Shown here: one piece after another, positions 13,551-27,840 of the stretch
How the letters are laid out: each line of letters starts with the position of its first letter
Position numbering within the stretch: the first letter of the stretch is position 1
Assembly (NCBI RefSeq): GCF_009914755.1
Contig: NC_060935.1
Source: the human T2T-CHM13v2.0 reference genome, Homo sapiens
Strand: one strand, 5' to 3'
Length of the DNA: 64,000 bases
The notes under the pieces: generated by a model
Database searches by the model: none
What the model saw: only the letters and a program-made list of their open reading frames with translations
Told to the model about the DNA's origin: nothing
Made by a program: the position numbers and the translations under genes

Positions 13551-15714
13551 TGGTTGTTTTGTTTTTCTCTTTTCTTTGTCTTTTTTAAAAAAAGAAGTTG
13601 AAAGGGGGATAGTCTTGCTTGGCACCTACCACCTTTAACCCAAAACCAAATAAAACAAACAGTTCCTAAATATAAATTAAACTTCAACCTGCAGTATAGA
13701 CATCCTCCTTCCCTGCCCGAAACCCACTGGCCACTGGAGGCTAGCTTTAAGAAATTGGTTTTGGAGACTCTGGCTTGAAAAGGAGCCATGCCCACTTGTC
13801 TCACGTCCCAGTCGCTGGCTCCAGGGGGCCGTGGTAGAACATATATTGTACTTCAGCTGCCTTTCCCCTCCAAGCTTCCTCAGCCACCCACAGCCCTTTC
13901 AGATGAGCTGAGCCCTAGCACTGTGCCCTCTCCCCTCTGCCCTCTTAGGGTGATAGAATCCACTACCCTGACATCTGGGGTTGCCCTGTTCTGCTGTGGT
14001 GGGAGATGGGCTGGAAGGGACTTCGGAGGCTCTCCCGTGTTCTGTACCACCCAGCTTCCCCTTGGATCCCTCCACCCCCGCAGCCAGGAGAGGGAAGTAA
14101 CTGTTCTTTGAGCAGGACATTTCATTTTCAAAGTATTCTTGATGCCGCCCCCCCGCCCCACCGCCAAGAATTCTGCTCTGTGGGTGATACTTATAAGGTA
14201 ACTATATGGCTTCCTTATTTAGGCAGCAGTTTCTCTTCTATGATTTTAGTTCCTCTCATGATTCTTATAACCCTCTCTCAGATACTTCCAGGATGATAAA
14301 TCTTCTATCACTGTTTCATCTGATCACATCAGGGTGATTATATTTCGTGACATAACCAGGTGGCTTTAATCCGTTGGTGGAAGAACCAGGCTCTCACCTC
14401 CATTGTTTAAGATGTTATGTTTCTACTAATCTGTCCACTGAGTGTCTCCATCCTATTGTTTCCATTGCATGCTCTCAGGTTATTTCCTTTGTTCTTGGCT
14501 GTCTGATTGCTCCCAGAGGCTGCAGTTATTTTATTTTATTTATTTCATTTTTTGGTGGGAGTAGGGGATTGATCTCTCTCTTGCCTTTAGCTTGAATGGG
14601 TGGTCATTTCCAGGCTTACACATTGCTCCATGCCCACTGTAGGGGTCTGGCTTAGAGATGGTCGGGGGAGAGAAGGTGGTGATTTAAAAGATTTGGAGGC
14701 GGTGGCTTACATTGATTTTAGCTTATCTAACCCTTTAGCTAGAGGCTGCTCTTCCCTCAGAGTGTCCAACTAGCTGTAACTTAAAGCAACAGAGAAATGT
14801 ATATCATCCCTTTTCTTGCATTAATTAGGGCTGAGAAATTCATTATTTAGAGGGATAAGAGCTCCGGAGGAGGAGGGTTTTTTGAACTAATGTAGAGATC
14901 TGTGGCCAGCTGTGTGATTCTCAGGTAGCAGGTGAGGGGGTGGGGGTTGATGAGAGGGGTGAGAAGGAGCAGGTGCCAGGGTCAGGCAGGGGAGGGAGCC
15001 CCCACTCCGTGCATCATCCCAGAGCCCTGTTCCTCCAAGCCCAGATTAGACACCCTTCTCCACGTGGGGCCTCAAGTTAGAAATCCTGGAAGGAGGCCTT
15101 ATTGCTCAGGATCATCTGGGAATGTTGCTTTCTGGGTTTAAAATACAGTCAATGTTTAGATGAGCTGCTGTTCAGGCACATGGTCTGGTTAGCAAAGGGT
15201 TAAATCCTGCATCCCGTTTTTAGTCATCAAGCTAGCTCAGATCTGCCCACCTTGGAGCCCTGTGCTTTCCTGCCTTAGTGGGCAGAGTCTAGGGGACCTG
15301 TGGCATGTTCAATGATTGAGGACTCTTGTCCAGATTCCAAAAACCTACTGTGATGATGCTGTTCTGAAGCTGTGGTAGGCGGTGATTGAGTGGAGTGTGT
15401 AGTGACCCTCAGGAATTCTTCAGAAGTTAGGATTTTGACGATACCTCTGATAAGTTGGGTTTTTAATTTGCTGGTTTATCTTAGAGTGGAGGCTGTGGCC
15501 CACAGCAAGTAGTACATTTTCCATCTCAGCCCAGTGCATGGACAAACGTACCTCAAACCAAAGGTTCAATGAAGCTCTATTTATCTTTACTATATGCTCT
15601 GGTATCTTCTCTTCCATTCTATCTTATTTCATTTAAGAACGTTAATGAAGACCCACTAATGGATTGCCACCCATGGTTCGAGGAGGTCCCCCAAACAGTG
15701 AGGCCTTAGCCATA

Positions 15715-16270
15715 GGTATTCAATTCAAAAAGCATTTACTGAGCATCACTGTGTACTAGGTGGTTGCTAAATGCTATGGGGGTAATGCAGAGAAATTAAT
15801 AAATCCCTGTAAGAGTTCACTGTAAAACAGAAATGACAGCCATATGTGTATGACTTTGTGTGTGTGTGTATATATATATATCAGACTGTATGATTAAATA
15901 TTATATAAGTGAGGTATGGGGGAGCAGAGGAGAGGAATTGAATTTTGAATTTTGATTGAAGATTCAGGAGGGCTTCATGGAGGAGGTAGCATTTGGCCAG
16001 GTTTTAGAGAATGGCTAGGCTTTGGACAAGTGGAGACAGGAACTGCCATTTGGAGGTAGGAGATGAGCTAATGTGTGGCAGTGTATGGGTGGGGGCAGGT
16101 GCCTGTATACAAGGTAGTGTGCTGGAATGGGGCGATGGGCATGGGGTAGGATGGGAGATCAAGCAGGGAAAGTGGATTGGGGCCAGGTCCTAGAATGATT
16201 TGAATACCAAGCTAGCTTTCTGGACATTTGTAAGGCGCACTTGATAGGGGTTGGATCATTGCGATATTAT
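15715..16270 (-). mobile_element. L2 fragment
   Basis: ATTCAAAAAGCATTTACTGAGCATCACTGTGTACTAGG...CAGGAGGGCTTCATGGAGGAGGTAGCATTTG. Confidence 0.75.
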
Positions 16271-17184
16271 TGGAAGACAAAACTGGGGAGGGTGTGAGAC
16301 CATGTGGCTGCTCAGAATGCAGAGCCCCTCTGATGTCCTCAGCCTTCTACGTATTTAGTGATGGGGGTGGTGGTGGTAAAGAGCCTTGCAGACAGCCTGG
16401 CTTGGGTGCTTGCTTGAAGTTCTTACGCCCACTAACTCCTGCCCTGCTCTGTGGAGCCTGCTGAATGGGGCATTAGGCTAGTCACACACCTGTCCTTTTT
16501 CACATTCATGCTGTACCCTTTGCAAACATTACGCAGCAGTGCAAACTCAGCCCTGGGCCTCAGAGGAGCCAGGCGTGGCCAGGAGAGTGGGATTTGGAAC
16601 GGAAGTGCTTTTGTTTTTGGCATTCACTACTCCCCCACCCCCACTGGCACTTGGATTGTCCTTCTTTTTCTCCTTGGTGTCTCTCATCCTGTCCAGCCTT
16701 CAAGACCTCCTCAAGTCAGGCTTCTCTGGGAAGCGCTGTCTGTCTGTCTTGGTGCTTGCTGGCTTCCTCTTCTGTCTCCTGTGCCATCTCCAGTTTGCAC
16801 CATTTGAGTATAAGCTCTGCTGCCTCATTTGAGTTTAAGTTTTATCCCCCCAGCCACAACCTAAGTTCCATGAGGATAGTGATTGTGGTTTATCTTCTCT
16901 CCCTCAGCTGTCTGCTGACACCATGCTGAATACATAGTAGGTACTCAGTAAATAATAGCTAATTGAGCATTTACTATGGACAAAGCACTTTACTTGCATT
17001 AACACATCCCATCCTCACAACCACCTGTGAGGTGAATCCTATTAAAAGGAATACTTGGGTGCTTTCAGAGTTATTCTCTCCAGCTTTGGACTTCTTGTTT
17101 CATTTGCCCTGAGAGCTCCTCAACTCTGTTGATGCTGTTCTTTCAAAGGTTGCTTGTGACCTCTTAGTTCTCAAGAGCACTGTA

Positions 17185-17263
17185 TTAGGTTGGTGCAAAA
17201 GTAATTGCTATTTTAGACATTACTTTCAATGGCAAAAACTGCAATTACTTTTGCGCCAACTAA
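17185..17263. mobile_element. MADE1 (Hsmar1-derived ~80-bp palindromic MITE)
   Basis: TA|TTAGGTTGGTGCAAAAGTAATTGC...GCAATTACTTTTGCGCCAACTAA|TA; TA target duplication. Confidence 0.93.
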
Positions 17264-17639
17264 TACTTTCCCAGACTCCAGTATTGGCTCCATTGACCCC
17301 TCCTGTTCCTGCCAACTTCTCCCCCTCCTCCTCTGGTATTTCCTGGAACTCCCTCCCTAGGGTCAGTGCCATGTGGTGCCTGGAACTCCCTGGGATCTGT
17401 GTTTGAATCCTGACATTGCCACTTTCTAAGTGGCAAACACTTTGGCCACCTCCCCCTCTTCCTGAGTCTGTTTCATCATCTGCAAAATGCTGGTAGTTTC
17501 TCTTCTCACAGGAAAGATGGTGGTTGTTCATCGATGTCTGTTGAAACCGTGACCCTCTCTGCTGAATGTAGAAGAAGATGACCTTACCAGTTCTCCTGTC
17601 TCTCCAGTGTCTTTCTTGACAATCTTGTGGTTTCCACAA

Positions 17640-18295
17640 GCAACCCTCTGTGGGTGATTTCCAGATCTCTACCTCTAGTTGTTTTTCGTTTTTTGTCTTT
17701 TCTTGTGTTTCACACATTCTTTTCCAGTAGCCTCACGGGCACACCAGTCCTGCAAGGATCTAGAATGTGATGGTTTGAGCTAGTTCAACACCTTCCTCTC
17801 GAATCGTCTCCTGTGTCCTCATGTTTTGTGGTCTCTGCCCTCTTCCCAGGCACCCAACTGCAGACTTTGGCATCATCTGTGGCTCCTGTCTTCCCTTTGC
17901 CTTCCATATCCACCATTTGCCTCTCCAGCCTACTTAACCAGATGGCTGTCCTGATTTCCTCACCAGCCTTCCTGCAGTGCACCCCTGCAAGGCTCATCAC
18001 CCCACTTCCCTGAGCAGAGTAGGGCTCTGATGGGGTTGCTCTCCTGCTCTGAACCCTGCAGTGGCTCACTATGGCCTATTCTAGAGAAGAAACGAGAGAA
18101 TTCTTAGCGTGGCATTCAAAGCCATCCGGGATCCTAGATTCCAGCTACATTTTCACTCTTCATCCCTTTCTCTGCATATTTCTTAGAATGTACACCCCTG
18201 AAGGCAGGGACCATCTTTTTCACATCTGTGTTACAACCTTTTAGTCCACTCTCTAGCATATGGCAACTCAGCAGATGCTGCTGTTGAGTAAACTC
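17640..18295 (+). mobile_element. L2 fragments
   Basis: Pyrimidine-rich L2 body (TTCCAGATCTCTACCTCTAG; GCGTGGCATTCAAAGCC) and 3' end (TAGAATGTACACCCCTGAAGGCAGGGACCATC). Confidence 0.6.
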
Positions 18296-18491
18296 TTATG
18301 CTTCCCTTCCCATGCCATATCCTTCTCTGGTCATCGCAACAGGGCCAAATCTCTCATGCTTCAGTGTAAATGCCCTCTCCTTGCAGCATCCTTTCCTGGG
18401 GCATTCTTCCTCCTTGCATCCAGTTGGAAATAATATGTCCCTCCATTGGAGCTCCCACACCAGAAGAGGTATAGATAAAGCCAGATACTTC

Positions 18492-18793
18492 TTTTTTTTT
18501 TTTTTTTTTTTGATACAGAGTCTCACTCTGTTGCCCAGGCTGGAGTGTAGTGGCATGAACTTGGCTCACTGCAGCCTCTGCCTCTTGGGTTCAAGTGATT
18601 CTTGTGTCTCAGCCTCCCGAGTAGCTGAGATTACAGACATGCGCTACCATGCCTGGCTAATTTTTGTATTTTTAGTAGAGATGCGGTTTCACCATGCTGG
18701 CCAGGCTGGTCCCCAACTCCTCGCCTCAAGTGATCTTCCTGCCTTAGCCTCCCAGAGTGCTAGGATTACAGGTGTGAGTCACTGTGCCCGGCC
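18492..18793 (-). mobile_element. Alu (AluS/J)
   Basis: Poly-T, then CAGAGTCTCACTCTGTTGCCCAGGCTGGAG...CACTGTGCCCGGCC. Confidence 0.92.
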
Positions 18794-21433
18794 TGGATCT
18801 TTTATTGTTTGTATTTCTGTTCATTTCTTCCCTAAGAAACCCCACGTTTTTGTGGGCAGGACCTGGAATCCTATTCAGTTATACAGCCCCGCTTCGTCCA
18901 CTGCTCCCCTTCAGAGTCTAGTGCCCTGGACATCATAGGTATTCAGTACCTCTTGCTGGCTTAGGAACAGGAGGATGCCTGATGGCCAGGGTGTTCCTCT
19001 GAAGCAGTGGTGGCTGAGCTTTTTGAATATCTGCATTGTGCTAAGGGTTAACTACCCAGGCAGTACTGGTGGGGAAGGGCCCCAGAAGCAGGCCCAGACT
19101 CAGGTATTGTTAAAGCAGAGTCATCTTTGCTCTGAAGTTTTTTCTTTTATCTTTTCTTTTCTTTTTTAATTGGGGGAAACCTTGTCCTAATTGGCATCTT
19201 TATTGTGGCAGGAATAGGCCAGGCAGGGCTGGGGGAGTGTGAAGTCTGTGAAGGGAGGTGGCCTGGGGGCCCCCCCACACAATGCCTGATTGTGCAGGCA
19301 TAGGTATGAACACATTGCAGCCTGTGTGCACCCACAGGGTGACCACGAGCAAGGCCTGGGGACGAGGACTACGAGGCCTGCAGCTGGGTCCTCTTTTCTC
19401 CCTCCTCACCCCCACCCAGTACCCACGTGATTGGGCCACATCCCAGTAACAAGCAGTCCTTGTGGAAGAGCCTTCATGAAGACCTTTGCTGGGAGTGGCG
19501 GGCAGGGATCTGCGGGGAGCGTTGCTGGTTCAAGCTGGGGCTTTCCTATGGATGATGTCCTGTGAAGGGTAGATCCTGGAGGGACAGACAGGTGTCTGAT
19601 CTTTGGCAGGCAGGGATGTCTCATTTGTACATTATAGGTATTCAGTACGTCTTGCTGGCTTAGGCTTCATAATGTCTCATTTGTACATCATAGCCTTCAG
19701 TACCTCTTGCTGATTTGGTTAACCCAGTTGTTATACCACGATATTGATTTTTCATGCCATTTTCTTTAGGAAGATTGGAAGATCATTGAGGATAGGGACT
19801 GTGACCTTTTCTTTTTTTCTACCCCAGTACCCAACCTGGCAGGTAGCACAGCGCAATGATCCACGATGTTTAATAGGTTGAATTGTAGAGGGGGCCTCTG
19901 ATTCCAAAGATGGGGGCAGAATATCAGTCCTCTCCAGACTGCCTGGGAATCCTCCTCTCTCCAGCCTGGGCCTGGCCAGTGGGAGACAGAGGCTGCTGAA
20001 GTAGCTGGCAAGGAGGCAAAGAAGATGATGACCTAGCTACGGTCCTCATGTGCCCACTGGGGAATCATCTTTTTGCATCTGAGTTAGTCAATGTGCTGTG
20101 CATTCTCTGCAGAATTTGTGAACCTGGTATAGGTATGAGGTGAGAGAGGCCAGGAGGTCTGGCTGCTCCCCCTCTAGACTTCGCAGGTAAAACCCAAGGT
20201 GTGTGCCACGTAAAGGTTCAGAGGTTTTATAGGCATCCAGATAGCACATGTGGGTCTCTGCCCCTGCTTGCAGCCTCCCTGGGGCAGCCAGCCAGGCTCA
20301 GGGCAGGAAGCTGCTGATTCTGGGTCACTTGGCTGCTCTTGCTTGCTGCTGCTGTGATTGTTCCTACAGTTAAGATCTTAGCTCCATAAGGGACATACGG
20401 AGGTCATCTAGGTCATCTCATGGCTCTCAGGCAAGAAAAGTAGCATTATTGCTCTCATGCCCACTTTATGGATAAGTGACCGAGGCCTGCAGAGGCAGAG
20501 TGGCTATTCCAGCCATTAAATGTGGCTCCCTGCTATTCTGTTCCCTGCCAGGATATTCTGTGGATGGTTAGGGGAGGGGTCTTACCTCAGCTAACGAGGT
20601 GCATTTTCTGTGGGGTGAGGCCATTCTTGTCACTTAGGTGTCTGAGGCCTGATGGTGTTGGGGAATGTCCTGGTTCTATTCCCAGGGCTGTAACGTGGGG
20701 GAAGGATGGAGGAAGACAGAATGGCCTCTGGAACTTTTGGATCTTTCTGAGTTGAGGCCTTGTCTGGCCAACTCCGGGAGGCTGCTGGCATGGCAAGCAG
20801 GGTAGGGATGCCTGGCCTAGCCAGGGGAGCTCCCTCTCTCCCCTCTGCTGCCCCTCTTTCCACCCCCATCATAAACACGTGTGGACTTTCTGGTGGTGAG
20901 AAGATGGTTTTGGAGGGCTGGGCTGAGGTCTAGGCAGGCAAGAGCTTCCAAATGTGTGGCTTTGATTCTCAGCCTTTTCATCCCTCAATCCTGGGAGACT
21001 CATTTTAAAACTTAAAAAAGGACTTCATTCTATTGGATGCTATGTGGGCAGGCCCTGGGCTGTTGTAGAGAGGCCTGAAACCCACTTCAGTTTCCTGGAC
21101 AGGCTGGGAGTGTGTACCCATGGGTTCCCTGCTGCCCTATTCCTGGAAGACACTAATATCCCTCCCAAACTCTTGGTTGGTTTCTGCTTTTTTTCTGTAG
21201 CATTTTGTCTTTGTGGGAAATTTTAAGAAACATATGTATGGCTTTTTGGTTTCCACTTATTTATTTTCCCCTCTGAGTTTCAGATTTCATCCTTCTCCAC
21301 CCCTTCCCCCTGCCCTAAGGTGGGGCTAGTGCAAATCGCAGTGTGTGTGTAGTGGGATGGTTAAAGAGCCGTACATCCTCACACCTGGTGACGCAGACTA
21401 AGGCAATTAACCTTCTTTAGTAAAGACCCTTTC

Positions 21434-21727
<294 letters not shown>

Positions 21728-21949
21728 CATGTTTTCCTGTCTTTCCCTTCCTCTCCTCCACCCCCTGGCATGAACTCTCAACTCTTAGCCTGTGGATGTC
21801 CGTTTCTATAAATGCTGGTGCTCGGTGGTCACCGTAGACGTCCGAGCAGCCCCTGGGGCTTTGGCTTGTGTTTTCTCTGTACTTGTGAGGGTGGTTGCCA
21901 CTTCTGGCCTTCTTTGTGCTTTCTTTTTCTTTCCTTTCCCCAATCTTTT

Positions 21950-21992
21950 GTTCCTCCCTCCCTCCCTCCCTCCCTTCCTCCCTTCCTTCCTT
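21950..21992. repeat. (CCCT)n/(CCTT)n polypyrimidine microsatellite
   Basis: CCTCCCTCCCTCCCTCCCTCCCTTCCTCCCTTCCTTCCTT. Confidence 0.9.
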
Positions 21993-24385
21993 CTGCTTTC
22001 CTGTTTAAAGTATATGGCTGCACCTAGCATGACACAGTTCCTATTTATTCCTCAGACTTGCTGGGACAGTCTCCTCTGTATGCGGCGACTGAGGGTGGGT
22101 TCCAGTGCCCCAGCCCACTCCCCTTCCCCTTGTTTTTGTCCACTTGGCTGGACAAAGAGAACAAAACCAAATGGCCTCCCCTCCCCCTCTCCTAAACCGG
22201 TCAAGCAGTGGTATTCTGGGATGATTTTCCCTGCAACCATTTAAACAAGTGCTTTGATGCTTACGAGTCATTGGAATGACCAGGCCTGTGCGCCCCTTCT
22301 CACTGACACCCTTAGACCAGGCTGGGCCTCACCCTTTTGTCTTGCTGCCCCTCGGTGCCCAGTGGGCGTGGGCAGTAGGACTGAGCAGAGGGGCCGAGGC
22401 TGTGCTGGCCGGCAGCTCTGTTACAGTAGAGTGGAAGGAGGTCCCGGCCAGAGGGGCAGGTCAAACAGGCCTCTTTTATTTACAGTGCTCTCTTTCACGG
22501 CCTCACTGAAACAGGAGACCCGAGAGGCTCCGGTGAAAGGGCACTGTGTTTGTGCATTCAGGCCTTCCAGGGCTGGCTACAAAGGTGGGGGCACCCGGAG
22601 CACTGAAGGGGCTTTTTGTCATTGGCAGTTTGGCTTAGGGGAGAAGCGAGGGAGAGCCAGTGTGGGAGCCGCCTCTAGGATTGTGAGCAAGTGCCTGTTT
22701 AGACAGCTCCACGCTGCTCCTTAAAACCTATTTTGTGGTCTGGGGTTGGGGCGGGGGCACACTGCCTCGATCCTCTTGTTGTGTGGAGCAAAGTGATTCC
22801 TCTCTTCTTGTGTTCTCCAGATGGTTCCGTTGTCCTCACATCCATTGTGGTTGAGGATACAGTGCAGAGAAGACCCCGCTGTCCTCTGCTCCCCCTCCTT
22901 TTCTCTCCAAAGAGAAGTTTCAGGGACAGCAATAGACTTCTGTGGGGCCTTTGTTCCTTGTAGCTTTCATTTTTCAATTCTTCTTCTCCCTGTATTATCT
23001 TGCTAGGCCTTAGTTTGTGCATCTCTAAAATGGGCTGGGAGGTGCTAGCCCATACCTAATATATAGGGCCGTCGTAAGGCTTAGGTCCCATAACTCATGG
23101 GGTTGGCTTGCACAGGGCTCTCTCCTTTCAGACTGGTCAGGCCATGGTCCTTTTATGAGTCTGAAGAGCCAAAATGAAGACCTCACTTTCTAGTATCCCC
23201 AATCTTCCTCCCACCTTTCCCTGGCTCTTGAGGGTTCTTTGGGCATGTTCCCCTCTGGTCTCCATTATTATATAGGGAAGAGAAATTTTCCAGAAGAATA
23301 TTTGAAGGATTAAAGTTTGAGGTTGTAGAATATGTGAAAACACACACACACCACACCACACCCCAAAATCACCCTTTTAAAGAAGATTAAAAAACCACCA
23401 GTGCCTGTCCTACATTGGTAAACTCTGGCAAGCCTCATAATGTTGACTTTACTGACCTGCCTGACTTCAGTGGCCGAGTCTACATGGGGTGTTAAGGCCC
23501 CACGTGTTTTTGCCTGTGCCCTTTAATTGTATCTTCAGGACCATATTTTCAGAACCAGAAATCACAGCCACAGTTTGGCAGTGGCACAGAATGGTTCAAT
23601 TTAGGCCTATCCCAGAGAGGCTTGGGTTGTCTGTGAAGTTCTGGGTGGTCTGTATTGTGGAGAGGTGAACACCGTATTGCTGGGGGTGTGGAGGGGGGAT
23701 GTTGCTGTTTCCCTGCTACAGAAAGGCCAGGCTTCCTTTTCAGCCTTTTGTTCCCCGATTCCCCTCTCTTCCTCCACTACACTCAGCCCTGCTGCTGCTT
23801 CCAAGGGACAACTCCCTCTCTTGTCCTTGCCCATCTTTGAGAGAGGCGGTGAATAAACACCAAGGCAAGAAGAAGCAACGGGACCCCTAGAAGGAGATGA
23901 GTGTGTGGCCCAAGGATGGTGGAGCATTGTCCTGAAAGGTAGAACCAAGACTATAGCCTCCGAGGCTCTGTTTACCATATTCTTGGCTCTTGTGCCACTT
24001 CTGTGTCCAGCAGCTGGAGCTTGTAGAAGAAAGATGGGAAAGACATAGTACAGGAAATGTTCCCATTCAGCCAGCACTGATTTATCTGCTGCCTGGTTTC
24101 TCAGGAGGCCTAATCTGTAAGAACAGTCGAGAACTTTATTTCTGCCCTTTAACCTATGTCCATTTTCTAGATAGTTTCTAAAAAAGGCATCACACCAGCT
24201 CTTTGAGACAACATGTCATATGCAACTGTTGGTTTTGGGTGGAATGAAACTGAATTGTCAACGGACATTTTTTCTTTCTGTATTCATGTGTTTGGAATAG
24301 TGACAACGTCATTGGTTCAGACTTTGAGCCCCCTTCTGGTTAGGCTCTTCAGTATAAGCCCTTAAAAATATTTTTGACTTTTCAG

Positions 24386-24696
24386 GGCCAGGCGCGGTGG
24401 CTCACGCCTGTAATCCCAGCACTTTGGGAGGCCGAGGCAGGTGGATCACGAGGTCAGGAGATCGAGACCATCCTGGCTAACACGGTGAAAGCCCGTCTCT
24501 ACTAAAAATACAAAAAATTAGCCAGGTGTGGTGGCGGGCGCCTGTAGTCCCAGCTACTCGAGAGGCTGAGGCTGGAGAATGGCGTGAACCCGGAGGCAGA
24601 GTTTGCAGTGAGCTGAGGTTGTGCCACTGCACTCCAGCCTGGGAGACAGAGCAAGACTCCGTCTCAAAAAAATAAAAAATAAAAAACATTAAAAAA
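24386..24696 (+). mobile_element. AluY
   Basis: GGATCACGAGGTCAGGAGATCGAGACCATCCTGGCTAACACGG; GAATGGCGTGAACCC. Confidence 0.93.
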
Positions 24697-25541
24697 TTGA
24701 CTTTTTGAGTAAAACAAAAACCAAACGAGTCCGTGTAAAGTCTAAGATGTTGGTTCATCTCAACATTGGGATATTGGAATAGGCCACTTTGGAAGGTTTC
24801 TCTAATTGATGAAGGGCATGGGCCACCCCATGGATTGCAATGCTGTGGCTGTTTGGGTGGCATCCAGCTTCTAGGGGATGGTGGCAAACTTGGGTGTGCA
24901 GGCAGTAGGAAGGAGGAGGTAGCTTCCAGAGAGAGCCATTGCTGGGGCTCAAGAAGTTTCTTTCTGGGCTCAAGCATGGTTGCTAGTGGTCCACACAGTG
25001 CTTTCGTGTGAATTAGAAAAAGCACCCTTGTTGTGGATGGATGTGGCTCTTAACTAGGGTCTATCCCACAGTGAGCTGGTTGGGGCTGGATCTCAAACCT
25101 CTTTGCCCCTCAATCAGAGGCAGGAGGTCCCTGGCCCAAGGGGCTTCCATGGTTGGAGTGGTCGTCAGCCGAAAGCTGTTCTGGTGAGATGTTTTGAGCT
25201 ATCAGTTCCAAGTTTCCAAAGGCCAAGGCCTCTGGGATCAGTTTCACTGATCCTTCAACCAGCTTATGTGCCCTGTTAGCCCAGATACCCCTCCAGAGTG
25301 CTTCGCACTGGGCTGCAGGTCACTGTGGCCCCACACCATAGAAGCTGGGGGCCTGTCTGCATGTTCTGGCATCCATAAAGCTGCCTGCAAACGTGAGAGG
25401 GGGTTTATGGCACCCTTTTAGCATGACTGTCTCTTGTGACCAAGGCCAAGAAAAATAGCACAAAGATGTAGGAGTGGTGAGGAATGAAGATGCACGTGCA
25501 CGCGCCCTGCAGTCTCAGTCAATGCGCTCTTTAGGGTTTAG

Positions 25542-25911
<370 letters not shown>

Positions 25912-27304
25912 ACCAATTTCTTATACATAGGTTATGGAGCAGGGAGAAAGAGACATGCAAACAAGGCAGAATTGGGACCTTTGCAAGAAGACCTTCTTCA
26001 CTCGCCCACTTTCTCATACTTTTAGTCACCAAGGCAGGGTCTTTTTAAACAACTTCGAGGCTCAGGCCTAGGGGGTTAGGAGAGTAAACCCTAAATCCCT
26101 TTCACCCTAGCATGCTTGGGTGCCGTGTTGACAAGGTCTCTGAAGTGCCCATGGGAAGCAGACCAGGCTCTGAGAATAATTTCCATGGAATTAATTATTG
26201 TTCTTACTCCAATAGATTTGAAATCTATTTAACTTTTCAGGGTCCCCTAGCTTTTTAAATGTTTCAAGTGTATTCTCTCTGATAGGTTGCCTTTTCTCTC
26301 CCTGTAGGCTATAATTAGTGTCCTTTACACAAAATTGGCTTAGAATTGGATTTAGAGAAGATAAGAATCAAATTACCAGTATTTATCTTGTAAATTCCAA
26401 AAGATCTACTTAAGACACTGTATTAAAAAAGGAGTATAAAAGAAAAGTTTATTCTATGAAAAAGTAAATTCCTCATGGTCTGAGCAACCAGGGGTATTTT
26501 AATATCAAATCTCCAGACTTCCCTTGGAGGCACCTAAAATTGCCTTTTCCCTTGTCGCTCGTTTTTATCTCCAGTTGAGCTTCTGAAATATGTTGCCAGG
26601 CTTTGGATATTGGAGAGCTGGTGTGGTTTCAGCTTTCATTAAAATTCGGAGGTTTTGACTTATCTATTATTTCTGATTTGTGGTAAGACATAAGCCTCTA
26701 AAATATGCTATCTTAAAGAGATACACACAAATTTTATCTTAGCATGTTAAGTTTTTAAGCCGTTGAGAGATGGCAGAATAGACCTCTGTGGTCTCCTGTG
26801 TGCTTCTTCGTCCTAAAATGTCAGCATGCTGGTTTTCATGTGCTGCCTCGTACAGTAAGTCCCCAGCAGATTTAAATAAGGTTGTGTCAAAACATATGCC
26901 TATGTTTTTTTTAACATCGTTGTCTCATAAGTGTGCAGTAATGGCATATTGAGACTGTTCATAGACTGGTCAGCTGCATTTCCTGCAGCCGAGGAACCCT
27001 TTATTAAGGTGCATTTCTGGGGTTGAACTAAAACTGCTCACCCCCATCAAATGAGGAAACTTGAGGGGTTTGCAGCCCAGCATTTTACGGGCACTTTTGC
27101 GACTGTGTACCCTTGCGTGGCTTCCCGCTTCAGCGACATTGTTGACTTCAGTTTTCTAATCTAATTCTTTTTTTCTTTTTTGGTTTTGATGAGAGTGTTG
27201 GATACCAAAGCACAAACGATGGATTCCTTTTGAAAGAACAAAAACATATTTTGTGAGCAGTTTTACTTCTGGGAGTGTTATGTGTATACACACACACACA
27301 CACA

Positions 27305-27840
27305 CCCTAAATAATTGAAAGCAGGAACTTGAACAGATATTTGCACACCCATGTTCATAGCAGCATTAGCCAAAATAGCCAAAAGGTGGAAATAATTCAA
27401 ATGTTCATTGACCCATGGATAAATTGACAAAATGTGGTATATACATATAGTGGAATATTATTCAGCCTTAACAAGGAAGGAAATTCTGACACATGGTACA
27501 ACACAGATTAACTTTGAGGGCATTATACTAGGTGAAATAAGCTAGATAGCAAAGGACAGATAGTGTATGGTGCCATCTATATGAGGCATCTGTGCTTATA
27601 TAAAGCAAATTTGTAGAAACACGAACTAGAATAGATGTTGCCAGGAGCTGGGGAGAGAGGGGAATGGGGAGTTAAGGTTGAGTGGGTACAGAGTTTCAGT
27701 TGGGGGAGATGAAAAAGTTCTGTGGCTGGATGGTAGTAATGGTTACACAACATCAGGAGTGTACTAAATGACACTGATCTGTACACTTAGAATCTTTAAA
27801 ATGGTAAATTTTAGTTACATAGTTTTACTACAATAAAAAT
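27305..27840 (+). mobile_element. L1MB-type LINE-1 3' end
   Basis: ATGTTCATAGCAGCATTA...AAAATGTGGTATATACATA...GTACAGAGTTTCAGTTGGGGGAGATGAAAAAGTTCTG...AAAATGGTAAATTTT...CAATAAAAA. Confidence 0.88.

Noticed and set aside
18312-18938. 208-aa ORF, the longest in the track
   Set aside because: About half is antisense Alu translation ([11 protein letters not shown]...), a familiar artefact; no domain or splice context
18930-19712. Repeat-spacer pattern resembling a CRISPR array
   Set aside because: Only three irregularly spaced copies in human DNA, L2-like, with no cas genes
24477-25025. 182-aa minus-strand ORF
   Set aside because: C-terminus is Alu-derived; the rest has no recognisable features
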